Source: Azolla caroliniana (Eukaryota; Plantae; Polypodiophyta). From it: DNA of 64,000 nucleotides. Positions 1 to 14,500 of this stretch are shown here, piece after piece (position 1 is the first letter of the stretch; every line of letters begins with the position of its first letter). Under the pieces are notes generated by a model. It made no database searches. It had not been told where the DNA came from and worked only from the letters and a program-made list of their open reading frames with translations. The stretch lies in contig JBHGNT010000017.1 of NCBI GenBank assembly GCA_043228905.1, positions 14,384,001 through 14,448,000 of the forward strand, in the 5' to 3' direction. The translations under genes were made by a program, and so were the position numbers.

Positions 1-1198
1 CAATATGGTCCGGTCCATCTAAACCTTAGTTTACCCGGCATCTTGCCCATCCGGGTTTGGAATACTAATACCGGTTTGCCGATTACGAACATTTTTTCGT
101 TACCTTTCCTGTGCCGGTCGACGAATGCTTTCCGTCGCCGTTGCTCCAATTCTAAATGTAGGATGCTGGCCAACCGTTGCTCCTCCAACTCACACAGCGC
201 TGTCAACCTTATTGTCTCCGACTCCTTCTCGTTCAGCCATTCTCGTAGCTGGATCCGTAAGCTAGGTACTTGAAATTCTACCGGCATGACCGCCTCGAGT
301 CCAAATGCTAACCGGAACGGTGTTGTTCGGATGCTCGTTTTGTATGCCGTCCGGTATGCCCAAAGCGCGCTATGTAGCTTTGTGTCCCAATCCGTCCGGT
401 TCTCGTTGACGATCTTCTGAAGGATATTCTGGAGCGTCTTGTTTGTTGATTCCGCTAATCCGTTCGCCTGTGGATAGTAAGGTGTGCTTCGTTTGTGGAC
501 CACGACATAGAAGGTCGTTAGGCTTTCTACTACTTGTCCGAGAAAGTGCCCCCCTTGGTCACTTATCAATTCAATGGGGCATCCGTAACGGCACCAGATG
601 TACTCATATAGAAACTTTGCAGTTGACGCAACAATGTTATCCCGTAAAGCTTTGGCCTCCACCCATTTCGTGGTGTAATTCGTAGCAACGATAACGTACC
701 GATAACCCGTTCTCATTGCCGGTGGCTTGAATGGTCCTACAAAGTCCAGCCCCCACTTTTGGAATGGCTCGAGTGGTAGTACCGGCTGGTGTGGCATACG
801 AGCCTGCTCCGTTGGCTGGCCCATTCTCTGGCATAGGTCACATTCTTTTCGTACCGTACCGCATCTCTTAATGTCGTTGGCCACCATAAGCCACTTTGCC
901 ATATTTTCCTGGCCGTCGCATCTCCGGCATAGTGACCTCCGGCCACTCCGCAGTGGGCTTCCCTCAGTATCAGTTCCTTTTCATCATTGCGCACCGCCCG
1001 TCTCCATATGCCGTCAGCGCCCTTGTGGTACAGTGTGTCTTGCAGTAAGCAGAAATGTCGGCTTTGTACCACTAGGCGTTTCCGTTCGTCCCGGTTCAGC
1101 TCTTCCGGAGGCAGTCCTGTGCTCAGAAACTGGTGCATATTTGTGAGCCACTTGTCTTCCTGGGCCACTGTCTCATCTGCTGCCGTCTTCGTAGTGAC

Positions 1199-2392
1199 TC
1201 AAAACAGCTCTACATCCGGAAACTCATCGGCTACTCCGTCACCCGTCTCTCCGGACTCTAATCGGCTTAAGTAATCCGCTACGTCATGCTGTATACTGGG
1301 TCGGTGGAATATTTCAAACTCGAACTCCTGTAACAATAAGGTCCACCGGGCCAATTTGCCGGTGAGTGACGCCTTGGACACTAGGTAAAGGAGTGCCGAA
1401 TGATCTACATGGAAGGAAAACTTCCTTCCCAATAGATAGTGCCGAAACTTTGTCACACTGTAGATCATTCCTAGAGCTTCCCGTTCCGTAGTAGAGTAGT
1501 TCCGTTCTACTTGGGATAGCTTCCGGCTAGCATAGTACACTGGCCGGTACCACTTTGGTTCCGTAAGCTGCATCAGTACGCTTCCGATTGCAATGTCGGA
1601 GGCGTCCACGAACACGTGAAATTCTTTACTCCCATCCGGAGGTTGTACTACCGGTGCCTGCGACAATAGTACCTTGAGGGCCTTATATGCCCTATCCTCA
1701 GTATCGGTCCACTGGAATGGTGTCCGATGTACGGCGACATGCAACGGTGTAGCCAGGTCGGCCAAGTATCGGAGCATCCGGCTGTGCCACCGGATCTGGC
1801 CTAAGAACCGGCTTAATGCCTTTGCCGTTGCCGGCGCCGGTGCTTCTAATATGGCTTTCACTTTGTCCGGGTCGACTGCAATACCTTCCTGGCTCACGAT
1901 ATGTCCTAATAAAGTTCCACTGGACACGCCAAATATGCACTTTGCCGGATTCAAGCTTAGCCGGTACGCTCTACACTTTTCTAGACAAAGACGGAGGTGC
2001 TGAAAATGGTCCTCCTCCCGGCTATAGACGAAGAAATCGTCAAGGAAAACTTGCATAAAAGCTGGTATATATTCACCAAAGATTTCCATGATGATTCTTT
2101 GAAACGTTGCCGGTGCCGTTTTGAGTCCGAACATCATCACCACGGCCACAAACACCCCCCATTCGGTGACGAATGTCGTTTTCTCTTGGTCGTCGGGGTG
2201 CATCCGGATCTGATTATACCCGCTGAATCCATCTAGGAAGCTATAGACCTCATGGCCGGTGACGACATCCAACACTCCATCTGTGAACGGAAGTGGAAAC
2301 GCATCCGTTACCATAGCCGCATTGAGTTTCCGGTAGTCCACGCAAACTCGAATTTTTCCGTTCTTCTTCGGTACGACTACGATCGGGCTCAA
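1199..2392 (-). pseudogene. G1 reverse transcriptase-RNase H fragment
   Basis: SPIVVVPKKNGKIRVCVDYRKLN, MMFGLKTAPATFQR, VFLDD, VDASD and ERNYSTTERE motifs; flanked by stops. Confidence 0.93.
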
Positions 2393-5300
2393 CCATGTCG
2401 CTTTCTTTACCGGACGGATAAAGCCAACTCTTAGCAGTTTGTCGATTTCTTACTTGACCTTGGCCGCATAATTGGGATTCATCCGGTACCGTCTTTGTGG
2501 CACTGGTTTTGCGTCCTTGCTCAAGTGTACTTGATGCTGGTATAACTGAGGGTCGAGTCCTCGCATATCTTCGTATGACCAGGCGAACACATCCCGGAAT
2601 TCCGTGAGAAGTGTTATCATCGTCGTTTTGTCTTCAGACTTCATCTCCTTGGCGATGTGCACCGGTTTTGCTTCGTCCGTGGTGCCTAAATTCACCTCTT
2701 CCAGTTGCGATGCTTTTACGCGTTGTGAAACGGCCATTTCCCGTTCCAACGCTTCCTGCGCTTACCGTAACTCCCGGATTGCGTCTTTATCCGGTTCTGC
2801 TTTCGCCTCTTCCGGTTGCGGTAAGTATGGTGCTACGGCTTCGGCAATGTCAATTTCGAAGAGGGGTATGATCTTCGGGTTTTCCTGCAGGTATTGAGCT
2901 TCTTCTTCGTCCGCTAACCCTTCTAGCATGTTGACGCATTCCGCATACAACGGTGTACATTCATTCCTTGCCAATGCTCGTCCTTGGCTGTGTTGGTACC
3001 CGTACCTTGGCTTTTCCTCGTCGGAAGGTAATTATATTTTTTTGCCAATTCTATTTGATATGTGCCGTTTTCAACCATGGCCGCCCCAGCAATAACGGGT
3101 ATGCGCCTTGTGCCTGTAATTGTAGTACTACGGCCGAGATGTGAAATGTATGACCGCCGACGGTGACTTCTAATTTCCGTATTAATCCTGTCGGCCGTAC
3201 TGAGCTTGTATCGGCCATCCGCAACCAGAACGGACACGGCTCTCACTCGTGGATTCCTAGGTCATCACACGTCCGGAGGCTTATTACATTTACCCCAGAG
3301 CCTCCGTCTATAACTGTGCCGGGGAGTTCTTTCCCTTTTACAATGGCAGTGATTACCGGACTGTTGGTGTCCACCACCGTTGGTCCCTCCTCCGGATTCG
3401 AGAAGAGTACCGGTGCCGGTGATGGTTCTCCTGCCGTCATGGCCGTCTTCAGTCCTTCCGTGAATCTTGGCACGAGTTGTAGGAGTCTTCCTAGTGGTAA
3501 CGTAATCTGGCATTCTTGCAACGCCTGCCATGTCTCGTTCTCGGAGTGACTGCCGCCGGCAAGCCCTGCGGTGTTCTCCTTTTGCTGCTGTAAGTCTGTG
3601 ACATTCTGCTCGTTTGCTTTCTTTACCCATTCCGTTGCTTGTTTCCGGACGGTCTCCTGTGTCTCCCATTCTTTGGCCATGCCCTTCGACCTTGTGGTCA
3701 CCTGCTGCAGGTCTGCCACCTCAAGGACTACCATATTTACCTCCGGTCGTTTTTCATAGCTCTTCACCGGGCATTGGTTACTATAATGGCCTTCCTGTCG
3801 GCAGTACTAGCAGTAGGCCTTCCGGGTATTGCTAGATTCGGCATTGTTTGTTGTGCCCGGGGCAGGTCCTACGGTACGCGCGGGGTTTTGTACTAGTTGG
3901 CTACTTGGAGCTCCTTGTTCCGGATCCCAGGGGTAGCCGCCTTTTTTAAAATGTCGTTTTTTGTTATAGCTTTTCTTATTACGGTACTCTTGACGGGGTT
4001 GCCCGTTATATCTGCCGTATTCCTCCCGTTGCTGACGATACCCGGGGGAGTGCTCCCGGTCGTACTGTTCGTATCGTCTATTGTAATCCTGGTAGCGATC
4101 ATGCCGGTCATAGTTCTCTCGCCGATCACCGTACCGGACATCATTTTCCCGTCACTCGCCGTACCGGACATTATTTTCCCGTCGCTCGCCATACCAGACA
4201 TCCTGTGCCGGTCGGTCACGGTCCATTCGCCGCCAGCGTTCGTCTTCTTCATCCCGGCTGCTGCGTGGCTCAATTTGTCAGACGGGCGGTGCTTGCTGAT
4301 TCAATAGATTATACTCGCACCTATCCGTCGTATGGCTCTTGGATTGACAGATTACACATTGCGTCCTCATAGTGCATTCTAGAGTCGAGTGTCCGGAATT
4401 CAAGCAGGTTGTGCACTGTATTGCTTGCCGAAACCGGAGGTCTTCATCGGACGGTAACGCCCGTTGAAGTGTGCCCAGTGTGAGCCAGGAGCTTGTCTTT
4501 TCCATCTCTTTCACCCGGTCAATGACCTGGTCGATGGTACTTGTGCGGAAATCGATTACCGTGCAAACCGTGCGTCGGGGTTCCCGGAGCGCATTTAGGA
4601 ATGTCATCCGTAATTCCTCCTCCGGGGGTGCACGGGTAAGCTGACTATGCATCCGTTGAAACCAGATGACAAATTGGGGAATGCTCTCCCCTGCCTCTTG
4701 CCGGATGGTATAAAATAAGCCTACCATTACGGTCTGGTCCACCTCCTTATGAAAAAAAAGCATGAATTTAGCTTTTAAATCTGCAAAGGTGTTGATGGTA
4801 GACGGGTCCTGCGTCCGGCGCCATCTTGATGCTGGTCCCTCCAATGTGACGCCAAATTCCGCTATCTTAGAGCGTTCTTCTTCTTCTCGGGTCAATCGCT
4901 GGGACACATGGTTGTCTTCCCATGTCTATTCAAAGGCGTGCACATGAGCTTCCGCGTCCGGATCATCTCTATACTTGGAGTACTGGAACGGCATGTCGTC
5001 GTCCGGTATCGGTGCGTGGGCTGGTAGTGTTGGTGCTCGTTCCGGAATTTTCTCCGGTGTCGGTGGTCTTTCCCGATTTGATTCCGGTGTCGGTTGTTTC
5101 TCTTCCTTTGGTGACGGAGGCCTCTCCTCTTCGACTTCCGGTGTCGGAGGTCGTTCTTCCTCTGCTGGTTCTGGGGATTCCAGCGTTAGCACTTCCGGTT
5201 CCGGTTCCGGTGTCGGTAAGTTATCCGATCCTTCGTCCTCCGGTCCGCCCGGGGTTTCGTTACTGCTATGGTAGTTCGTGTGCACGCTGTATTCCCCTTC

Positions 5301-5638
5301 GGAGTCCGATTCATATGCTGAAAAGGCCTCTGCTTCGCCTTCTTCGTTTGCCAACGCGTGGAGAAGGGATTCGGTTTCCCGGAGGCTGCTTAGGCTGCTG
5401 CCGTCCTCCGGGTGCGATGTTTGCTGTAACCAGAGGGAGTCCTCCGCTACTCTCAGGATTACGTTGGAAAACGAGCGATCCGCTCTAATTTCCTGCGCCG
5501 CTTGTTGGAAAGCCTCGCGTCTCCTTTGCCTTTCGGCAAGGCGTCGAGTTCGATATGTAACCAGGTCGTGCGTTGATCTAGACATCCATCCGTGCCGTCG
5601 TTCGCTACAAAAACAGGAATCGTGGTCGCCAAAAACTG

Positions 5639-6071
5639 TGTTAACTCTTTGGGCCGGACAATGGCCTAACACAGGGTGTCTACGGGAGACACTTCACCAA
5701 AGGGTGTTATGGCAACCAGATTAGACTTCAACGCTTTATCCGACTTAATCAAGTTACTTATTAGGATCGTCTTCATAACACGCGTAAGATATAACAATTA
5801 AGATAGAACGACAATTAACACAGAGATATAACAACGCTTAAGCTTTCATTAATTAACCGCTAACTATTACATTGTATCCAGGCCTTTAAATAGGTTTCCG
5901 GTCTGTATTACAAAACGGTGCCCTCCACACCTGTTCGGGATCGGTCCGGATCCGGAACGGCATACCGTTTCCGGTCCGTCCATCCACACTCATAGCTTAA
6001 TTACAACCACATTCCTACTACTTAATTAGCTCTCTGTTTCCCACTCTGGACTCCTTTCCCGGCCGGTAACA
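5639..6071 (-). repeat. 5' LTR of G1 (433 bp)
   Basis: Minus strand reads TGTTACCGGCC...GTTAACA and is homologous to the LTRs at 11134 and 21395. PBS TGGCGACCACG at 5631-5621. Confidence 0.93.
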
Positions 6072-9000
6072 GAAGCTTTCGTAGTACAGGGTTCGACTGA
6101 CCGATCGAACAATCGGGGAAGAAGTTCTTCCCGACTGCCGAACAATCAGCGAAGCTGGAGCAACTCCCGGGACAACCGAATCTGCAACTACTGTAAGAAA
6201 CCGGGACATATCAAAGCCGACTGCCGGGCACTCAAAGCAAAAACCGACAAAGCTCAGAGAGCGGATCAGAAGAGTTGTCAGCATGAGGTCAACTACGTCG
6301 GCTCTTCAGCCGAAATTTTGACGACCGACCCGAACATACTGTCCATAGAGAACCCATTAGAATCAGAAGTTCTGCTTACGACTGAGGAATCGAGCACATG
6401 GCTCCTAGACTCGGGCGCATCGTATCATGTGACACCTCACCAATCTCATTTTCGGCCATACTCGGACCGTCACTCCAACTCAGTTCGAGTCGGAAACTCG
6501 CAGCACTGTGCTATAATCAGAATCGGCACCGTAGAGCTCAATCTTCCGGGAGGCTCTACACAACATCCAACACGTTCCTGAGCTTTCAAGACCCTTGATC
6601 TCAGTCGGACAACTTGACGAAGCCGGCATCTGTGCCGGATTCTCATCAGGAGGGTGGACACTCCACAAAGGGAACCTCCTGCTTGCTTGAGGACCAAAGG
6701 TACATTCCTTGTATCCTTTATATGTCACACTCAAAGAGGGTGACTTATTTTTGGTTGATATCCCCGTGTCATCGTTATGGCACGGACAACCTGGACACCT
6801 TAGCAAGGCCGGCATAACGCACCTATCCAGAGCCGGTTACATCCCCAAACTCTCCTTCTCGGATCACCAATTCTGCGAGCATTGCCAGTACGGCAAACAG
6901 GTAGCCACGACATCAGCACCAAGAGAATCGAGTCCCCTCGATTTGCTCCACTCAAACGTTTGTGGGCCGATGCCACATCAGTCTCTCGGCGGTGCTTCGT
7001 ACCTCGTCAGTTTTATTGACGTCTCAACTCGGAAGGTGTGGGCTTACCCCATCAGAACCAAAGATCGGGTATTCTCGATCTTCTCCTCCATTCTCGGTCG
7101 AAAACTGAAATGTCTCTGAACCGACAATGGAGGAGAATTCAAGTCTGAAGAATTCGTCAAATTCTGCCGGGAACGCAGCATTCGACGTGAATATACAGCA
7201 CCCTATAGTCCGGAGCAGAACGGAATTGCTGAACGCATGAATCAGACGATTCAAGAACGCATAGTATCCATGCTCCAACACTCCGGGCTATTAGATGGCT
7301 TCTGGGCGGAGGCTCTACTTACGGTGGTACACATAATAAATATATCGCCAAGTAGACCTCTAGGACTTCACATACCTTAGGAAATATGGACCGGCAATAG
7401 GACCGGCAGTAAGCTGAATTATGACAAACTGAGGATCTTCGATTGTGAGGCGTATGCTCTCATACCGAAAGACGACCGCCGAAAACTCGAACCCAGGTCA
7501 AGGACCCGACGGCAAGATCGGATACCGACTCCAGGACCCTGAGCACAGACAAATCGTCCGAAGTTCGGACATCGTGTTCAACGAGTCGGCTATGCATAAA
7601 ACGGCCGAAAGGCCTATTCAAGTCCGAAGGGTAATATTTTCCGAAGTGCCAACCCTTCATGATGGCCTAGCCCACAACACGAGATCGGTTTCATGGGTAA
7701 CCGACAACTCTCGCACCGAATCCACCAATTCGGCACAACCGAATGGCTCGGCTCCCGACCATTCGACTTTGACACCCGATGCGACTAGTTCAGTCATACC
7801 TCGCAAATTCGAGAGACTTTCGTAACCTCTAGAGAGGTACTCTCCCGGAATTTTCTTTACCAATGTCGGCGAACCGACGTCTTACGAAGAAGCATCGGCA
7901 TCTGCCGATTCAGCCACATGGCATCTGGCGATGGAGTCGGAAATGCACTCCATTCGGGCAAACAAGACTTGGGACTTGGTCGAATTGCCGAAGAATTGAC
8001 GTGCTCTTCCGTGTAAGTGGGTCTATCAACTAAAAGAGACGTCTGACTCAACCACCCCAAAGTACAAGGCCAGATTAGTTGCGAAGGAATTTCGACAAGA
8101 ATATGGCGTCGACTTCGACGAAATCTTTTCACCAATGGTGAAAATGACGACCCTTCGTTTCATGCTCGGAGTCATGGCCGCCGACAACTTGGAGCTAATT
8201 CAGCTAGATGTAAAAACGGCATTCCTCCACGGTGACCTACAGGAGGAAATCTATATGGAGCAGCCGAAAGGCTTTGTGGCGTCTAGCCAGGAACATCTAG
8301 TTTGCCGACTCAAGAAGAGTCTCTACGGCCTGAAACAGGCACCCCGACAGTGGTACAAGAAGTTCAACGATTTCGTCCAATCAGTCGGCTTCTCAAAGAG
8401 CGATGAGGACCACTATCTCTTCACCAAAATAGCTCAAGATGAGTCTCCCGTCTTCTTCATCATCTACGTGGATGACATGCTACTCTCCGGTCGGCATGCC
8501 GGAGAGCTCACCGAACTCATTCGGCAACTGCGGTTGAAGTTTGCCATGAAGGACCTCGGTTCGGCACGACACATACTTGGTATGAAGATTAGTCGGTATT
8601 GCGATACACGACAACTTTTCTTGTCTCAAACCGACTACATCAGACGTGTCTTAGAACGCTTCAACATGCAATCGGCCAAGTCTGCTTCGACCCCGCTCCC
8701 CATTAACCTTCGGCTGTCTCAGCGAGACTGTCCGACATCCGGTCCAGAGGGGGAAGATATGAAGTCAGTACTGTATGCACCGGCAGTCGGCTCCCTCATG
8801 TACGGGATGGTCGCGACACGACCTGATATTTCTCACGTCGTAGGAGTCGTCAACAGATTCATGCACAACCCAGGCCAATCGCACTGGAACGCAGTCAAGC
8901 ATGTGTTCAGATATCTAGCTGGCACAGAAGACCACGACATTCTTTTTGGCCCGAACTCAACCTCAAGCATAGTCAGTTACACCGACTCGGACTTCGCCGG

Positions 9001-9952
9001 CTGTGTGGACAGACGGAAATCAACAACCGGATACTGTTTCAAATTCGGCAATGGAGCAATCTCGTGCAAGTCAAAACTTCAGGAGTGCACAACCACCTCA
9101 AGGACCGAAGCGGAATATGTAACTACGTCCGACGTGGCAAAAGAAGCTTTATGGCTCGGTCGGCTGGCACACACGTTTCGACAGGTCGACTCCAACTCGG
9201 CTCCAGTTGTCTACAACAACAGTTAGGGTGTTGTTGCTTTGTCAAAAAATCCGGTTCACCACAACGCCTCTAAGCATATCGACGTTCGATATCACTTCAT
9301 TCGGGACTGCATCATTTTATGGAAAATCGGTCTCGAGAAGATATCCACAACCGATAATGTTGCAGATGGAATGACCAAGTGTCTTTCGGCAGATCGTTTC
9401 CGGTCCCTTCGGCACCAGATGGGCGTAACGAAAAATCGGTCTGGTTAAAGTTGGACACACAGCACAGGATGGTTTCAGACCACCGACATCAGTTCTCTGA
9501 GGATCGGCTTAAGCTCTTCCGACCCGACCTATTCAGTCTTCAGTCTTCGGATCTTGCCAACTCTGACAAAACCGATCTGTTTGATAAACCTTGTATATAT
9601 ACCTGTAATTCTTTAGATAACCCATGTATACGCCCATTACGGGGGAGTGTTGAATACGAGTGTATAATGGCCGTATTCACACTGTCCCTTTGGACAACCC
9701 AAGTTCGGGCTATTTCTGTAAATAGCATAAAGGGCAGTTGCCCTAGGATAGTCACTATATAAAGTGACTTTGTAACCTTTAGTGAAGGTTGGTTGTAATT
9801 TGTAACTGTTGCTATTGGAATATAACGTTTCCTTTGTGCCTCTCTCTCTCTCTCTCTCTCTCCCTTTGTGTCTATCTTGCTCATGCATACACAGGTTCTT
9901 CTTCATCACGAATGTTGCTTGCACTTCCGCATTGACGGCCTTGTCCCTAACA
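6072..9952 (+). mobile_element. Ty1/Copia element A1 (decayed relative of A2 at 49869), 5' part displaced by G1
   Basis: Gag knuckle, protease WLLDSGAS, integrase, RT (YVDD, 8135-9226) and RNase H are collinear with ORF 50865-54878. PPT GGGGGAG at 9641-9647; 3' LTR 9648-9952. Inserted into the gag of Copia B. Confidence 0.93.
9648..9952 (+). repeat. 3' LTR of Copia A1
   Basis: TGTTGAATAC...CCCTAACA, homologous to 49869-50170 including the (TC)n tract. Confidence 0.88.
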
Positions 9953-11133
9953 CCTAGAACCGGGAAAAGTCGGGGACACGGTCAAAGTCAAGGGGGAGGC
10001 CCACTTGCTTCTATTGTGGGAAGCCAGGGCACTTCTAGAAGAACTATCGGCATTTCCGGAAAGACAAGGAAACCGACAGTACCGATTTGAAGCAGTCACC
10101 GGACCGGAACGGTAAAGACCGGAAAGGACTGGAATGGAAGGGAACGACGGCAATCGCGGCAAGTGAAGAAGAGTTGATGCTCATCATCGAGGAGAGTGAG
10201 TTGAACCTTGCTGACGACCAGACAACGTGGGTTGTTGATTCCGGGGTGTCATTCCATCTAACCCTGTACCGGAAATGCTTCTCATCCTACACAGCCGGTG
10301 AGCACGGTTGTCTTCGGATGGAGAATGAAGGTACATGCCGAATCGTCGGCATAGGAGATGTGTGGTTGACAACACCAACCGGATGCAAAATGTTGTTGAA
10401 GGATGTCCGACACATTCCGGAGGTTCGATTGAACTTGATATCATCCGGTCAGCTAGATGATGAAGGCTACACGGGTAGCATCCGGAACAGAGTCATGAAG
10501 TTTAGCAAGGGAAGCCTGATAGTGGCTCGAGCTCGGAAGATCAACACATTGTACTTAATGAATGCCCGGTTATGTCTGAAAGAAGTGAACGTGAGCTGTG
10601 GCACAAGAGACTGTGTCACATGAGCGAGAAGGGGATGAGGAGGCTAGCCGAAGACAACCTCATTCCGGTGAAAGAAGTGCACGTCGAGAAGTGCACCGAC
10701 TGCTTGGCCAGTATGCAAAACCGGACCTCCTTCCACTCAAGGCCACCGATGAGACGTAATGCACCACTAGAGCTAGTGCATACCGATGTGTGTCAAGTGG
10801 ACGCGAAGTCACATGCCGGATCGCAGTATTTCGTGACCACAGTTAGAAGTTGTGGGCCACACCGGTGAAGACGAAGGAACAGGTGTTATCCGTCTTCAAG
10901 GAGGTCCATGCGAGAGTGGAAAGAGAAACCGCCCGGAAGCTGAAGGCGGTTCGAGCAAATAACGGAGGTGAATACCGGGGGCAATTCGAGGAGTACTGCC
11001 GCTCGAAGGAAATACGGCTCGAATTTACCGTGCCGAAGACGCCGAAATTGAACGGGCTAGCCGAGAGGATGAACCAGACCATAATGGAGAGGGTCCGGAA
11101 TATCCTAGCACATGCTAAATTACCCAAGACGTT

Positions 11134-11566
11134 TGTTACCGGCCGGCAAAGGAGTCCAGAGTGTGAAATGGGGAGTTATTTAATTAGTAGGAATGGTTGT
11201 AAGTAAGCTATGAGTGTGGACGGACGGACCGGAATCGGTATGCTGTTCTGGATCCAAACCGATCCCGAACATGTGCGGATGGCACCGTTTTGTAATACAG
11301 ACCGGAAACCTATTTAAAGGCCCGGATACAATGTAATGAATAGCGGTTAATTAATAAAGCTTAGTGTTGTTATCTCTCTGTGTTAATTGCCGTTCTGCAT
11401 TCATTGTTATATCTTACGCGTGTGATTATTAAAGACGATCATGCTAAGTAACCTAATTAAGTCGGATTAAGCGTTGAGTCTAATCCTGTTGCCGTAACAC
11501 CCCTTTGGTGAAGTGTCTTCCGTAGACACCCTGTGTTAGGCCATTGTCCGGCCCTAAGACTTAACA
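11134..11566 (+). repeat. 5' LTR of G2
   Basis: TG...CA termini; near-identical to 21395-21825. Confidence 0.97.
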
Positions 11567-11573
11567 CTGTTTT

Positions 11574-11584
11574 TGGCGACCACG
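11574..11584 (+). promoter_or_regulatory. Primer binding site of G2 (TGGCGACCACG, probably tRNA-Arg), 7 nt after the LTR
   Basis: TGG-starting motif conserved in G1 and G2. The tRNA assignment is from memory of the plant tRNA-Arg(UCG) 3' end. Confidence 0.7.
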
Positions 11585-14500
11585 ATTCCTGTTTTTGCAG
11601 CGAATGACGGCACGGATGGATGTCTAGATCAACGCACGACCTGGTTACAGATCGAACTCGACGCCTTGCCGAAAGGCAAAGGAGACGTGAGGCTTTCCAG
11701 CAAGCGGCGCAGGAAATTAAAGCGGATCGCTCGTTTTCCAACGTAATACGGAGAGTAGCGGAGGACTCCCTCTGGTTACAACAAACATCGCACCCGGACG
11801 ACGACAGCAGCCTAAGCAGCCTCCGGGAAACCGAATCCCTTCTCCACGCGTTGGCAAACGGAGAACGCGAAGCAGAAGCCTTTTCAGCATATGAATCGGA
11901 CTCCGAAGGGGAATACAACGTGCACACGAACTACCGTAGCAGCAACGAAACCCCGGGCGGACCGGAGGACGAAGGATCGGATACCTTACCCACACCGGAA
12001 CCGGAAGTGCAAACGCTGGAACCCCCGGAACCAGCAGAGGAAGAGCGACCTCCAACACCGGAAGTCGAAGAGGAGAAGCCTCCGTCACCAAAAGAAGAGG
12101 AAAAACCACCGACGCCAGAAACAAATCGGGAAAGACCACCGACGCCGGAGAAAATCCTGGAACAAGCACCAACACTGCCAGCCCGCGCACCGATACCGGA
12201 CGACGACATGCCGTTCCAGTACTCCAAGTATAGAGATGAACCGGACGTGGAAGCTCATGTGCACGCCTTTGAATAGACATGGGAAGCCAACCATGTGTCC
12301 CAGCGATTGACCCCGGATGAAGAGGAACGCTCTAAGATAGCGGAATTTGGCGTCACATTGGAGGGACCGGCAGCAAGATGGCGCCGGACGCAGGACCCGT
12401 CTACCATCAACACCTTTGCAGATTTAAAAGCTAAATTCTTGCATTTTATACCAGACCGTAATGGTAGGCTTATTTTATACCATCCGACAAGAAGCAGGGG
12501 AGAGCATTCCCTAGTTTGTCATCCGGGTTCAACGGATGCATAGTCAGCCTTCCCGCGCACCCCCGGAGGAGGAATTACAAACTATATTCCTAAACGCGCT
12601 CCGGGAACCCCTACGCACGGTTTGCACAGTAATTGACTTCCGCACAAGTACCATCGACCAGGTCATTGACCGGGTGAGAGAGATGGAAAAGACAAGCTCC
12701 TGGCTCACACTAGGAGCACTCCAACAGGCGTTACCGTCCGATGAAGACCTCCGGTTTCGGCAAGCAATACAGTGCACAACCAGCTTGAATTCCGAACACT
12801 CGTCTCTAGAATGCACTATGAGGACACAATGTGTAATTTGTCAATCCAAGGGCCATACGACAGGTGCGAGTATAATCTATTGAACCGGCAAGCACCACCC
12901 GTCCGACAAATTGAGCCACGCACCAGCCAGGATGAAGAAGAGGAACGCTGGCGGCGAATGGACCGCGACCGACCGGCACAGGATGTCCGGTATGGCAATC
13001 AACGGGAGAATGATGTCCGGTACGGTGATCGGCGGGATAACTATGACCGGCATGATCGGTACCGGGATTACAATAGACGATACGAACATTACGAACGGGA
13101 GGAATACGGCAGATATAACGGGCAACCCCATCAAGAGTACCGCAATAAGAAGAGCTATAACAAAAAACGGCATTTCAAAAAAGGCGGCTACCCACGGGAG
13201 CAGGAACAAGGAGCTTCAAGCAGCCAACCGGCCCAAAACCCCGCGCGTACCACAGGACCTACCTCGGGTACAATAGACAATGCCGAATCCAGCAATACCC
13301 GGAAAGCCTACTGCTACTATTGCCGACAGGAAGGCCATTATAGTAATCAATGCCCGGTGAAGAGCTATGAAAAACGACCGGCGGTAAATATGGTAAATAT
13401 GGTAGTCCCTGAGGTGGCAGATCTGTAGCAGGTGACCACAAGGTCGAAGGGCATGGCCAAGGAATGGGAGACGCAGGAGACCATCCGGAAACAAGCGACG
13501 GAATGGGTGAAGAAAGCAAACGAGCAGAATGTCACAGACTTACAGCGGCAAAAGGAGAACACCGTAGGGTTGCCAGCGGCAGTCACTCCGAGAACGAGAC
13601 ATGGCAGGCGTTGCAAGAATGCCATATTACGCTGCCACTAGGAAGACTCCTACAACTCGTGCCAAGATTCACGGAAGGACTGAAGACGGCCATGACGGCA
13701 GGAGAATCATCACCGGCACCGGTACTCTTCTCGAATCCGGAGGAGGGACCAACGGTGGTGGACACCAACAGTCCGGTAATCACTGCCATTGTAAAAGGGA
13801 AAGAACTCCCCGGCACAGTTATAGACGAAGGCTCTGGTGTGAATGTAATAAGCCTCCGGACGTGTGATGCCCTAGGAATCCACGAGTGGGAGCCGTGTCC
13901 GTTCTGGTTGCGGATGGTCGATACAAGCTCAGTGTGGCCGACAGGATTAATACAGAAATTAGAAGTCACCGTCGGCGGTCATACATTTAACATCTCGGCA
14001 GTAGTGCTACAATTACAGGCACAAGGCGCATACCCGCTATTGCTGGGGCGGCCGTGGTTGAAAACGGCACATATCGAAAAGAATTGGAGGAAAAATATAA
14101 TTACCTTCCGGCAAGGAAAAGCCAAGGTACAGGTACCAACACAGCCAAGGACGAGCACTGGCAAGAAATGTACACCGTTGTATGCGGAATGCGTCAACGT
14201 GCTAGAAGGGTTAGCTGACAAAGAAGAAGCTTAGTACTTGCAGGAAAACCCAAAGATCATACCCCTCTTCGAAATTGACATTGCCGAAGCATTAGCACCA
14301 TACTTACCGCAACCGTAAGAGGCTGAAGCAGAACCGGATAAAGACGCAATCCGGGAGTTACGGCAAGCGCAAGAAGCGTTGGAACGAGAAATGGCCGTTT
14401 CACAGCGCGTAAAAGCATCGCAACTGGAAGAGGTGAACCTAGGGACCACAGACGAAGCAAAACCGGTGCACATCGCCAAGTAGATGAAGTCCGAAGACAA

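Larger units (their letters stand above)
1..6071 (-). mobile_element. Ty3/Gypsy LTR retrotransposon G1 (non-chromovirus, Athila/Tat-like), decayed, 3' part outside window
   Basis: Minus-strand gag (CCHC knuckles), protease (VIDGGSG), RT (FLDGFSGYNQI, FLDD), RNase H (VDASD) and integrase fragments with stops and frameshifts. 5' LTR at 5639-6071. Inserted into the gag of Copia A1; the predicted TSD GAAGC is at 6072-6076, with its partner outside the window. Confidence 0.95.

Noticed and set aside
11129-11133. G2 TSD ACGTT as part of the ACGT-targeting pattern
   Set aside because: It is a 5-bp TSD, and sister copy G1 is flanked by GAAGC, so this is probably coincidence.
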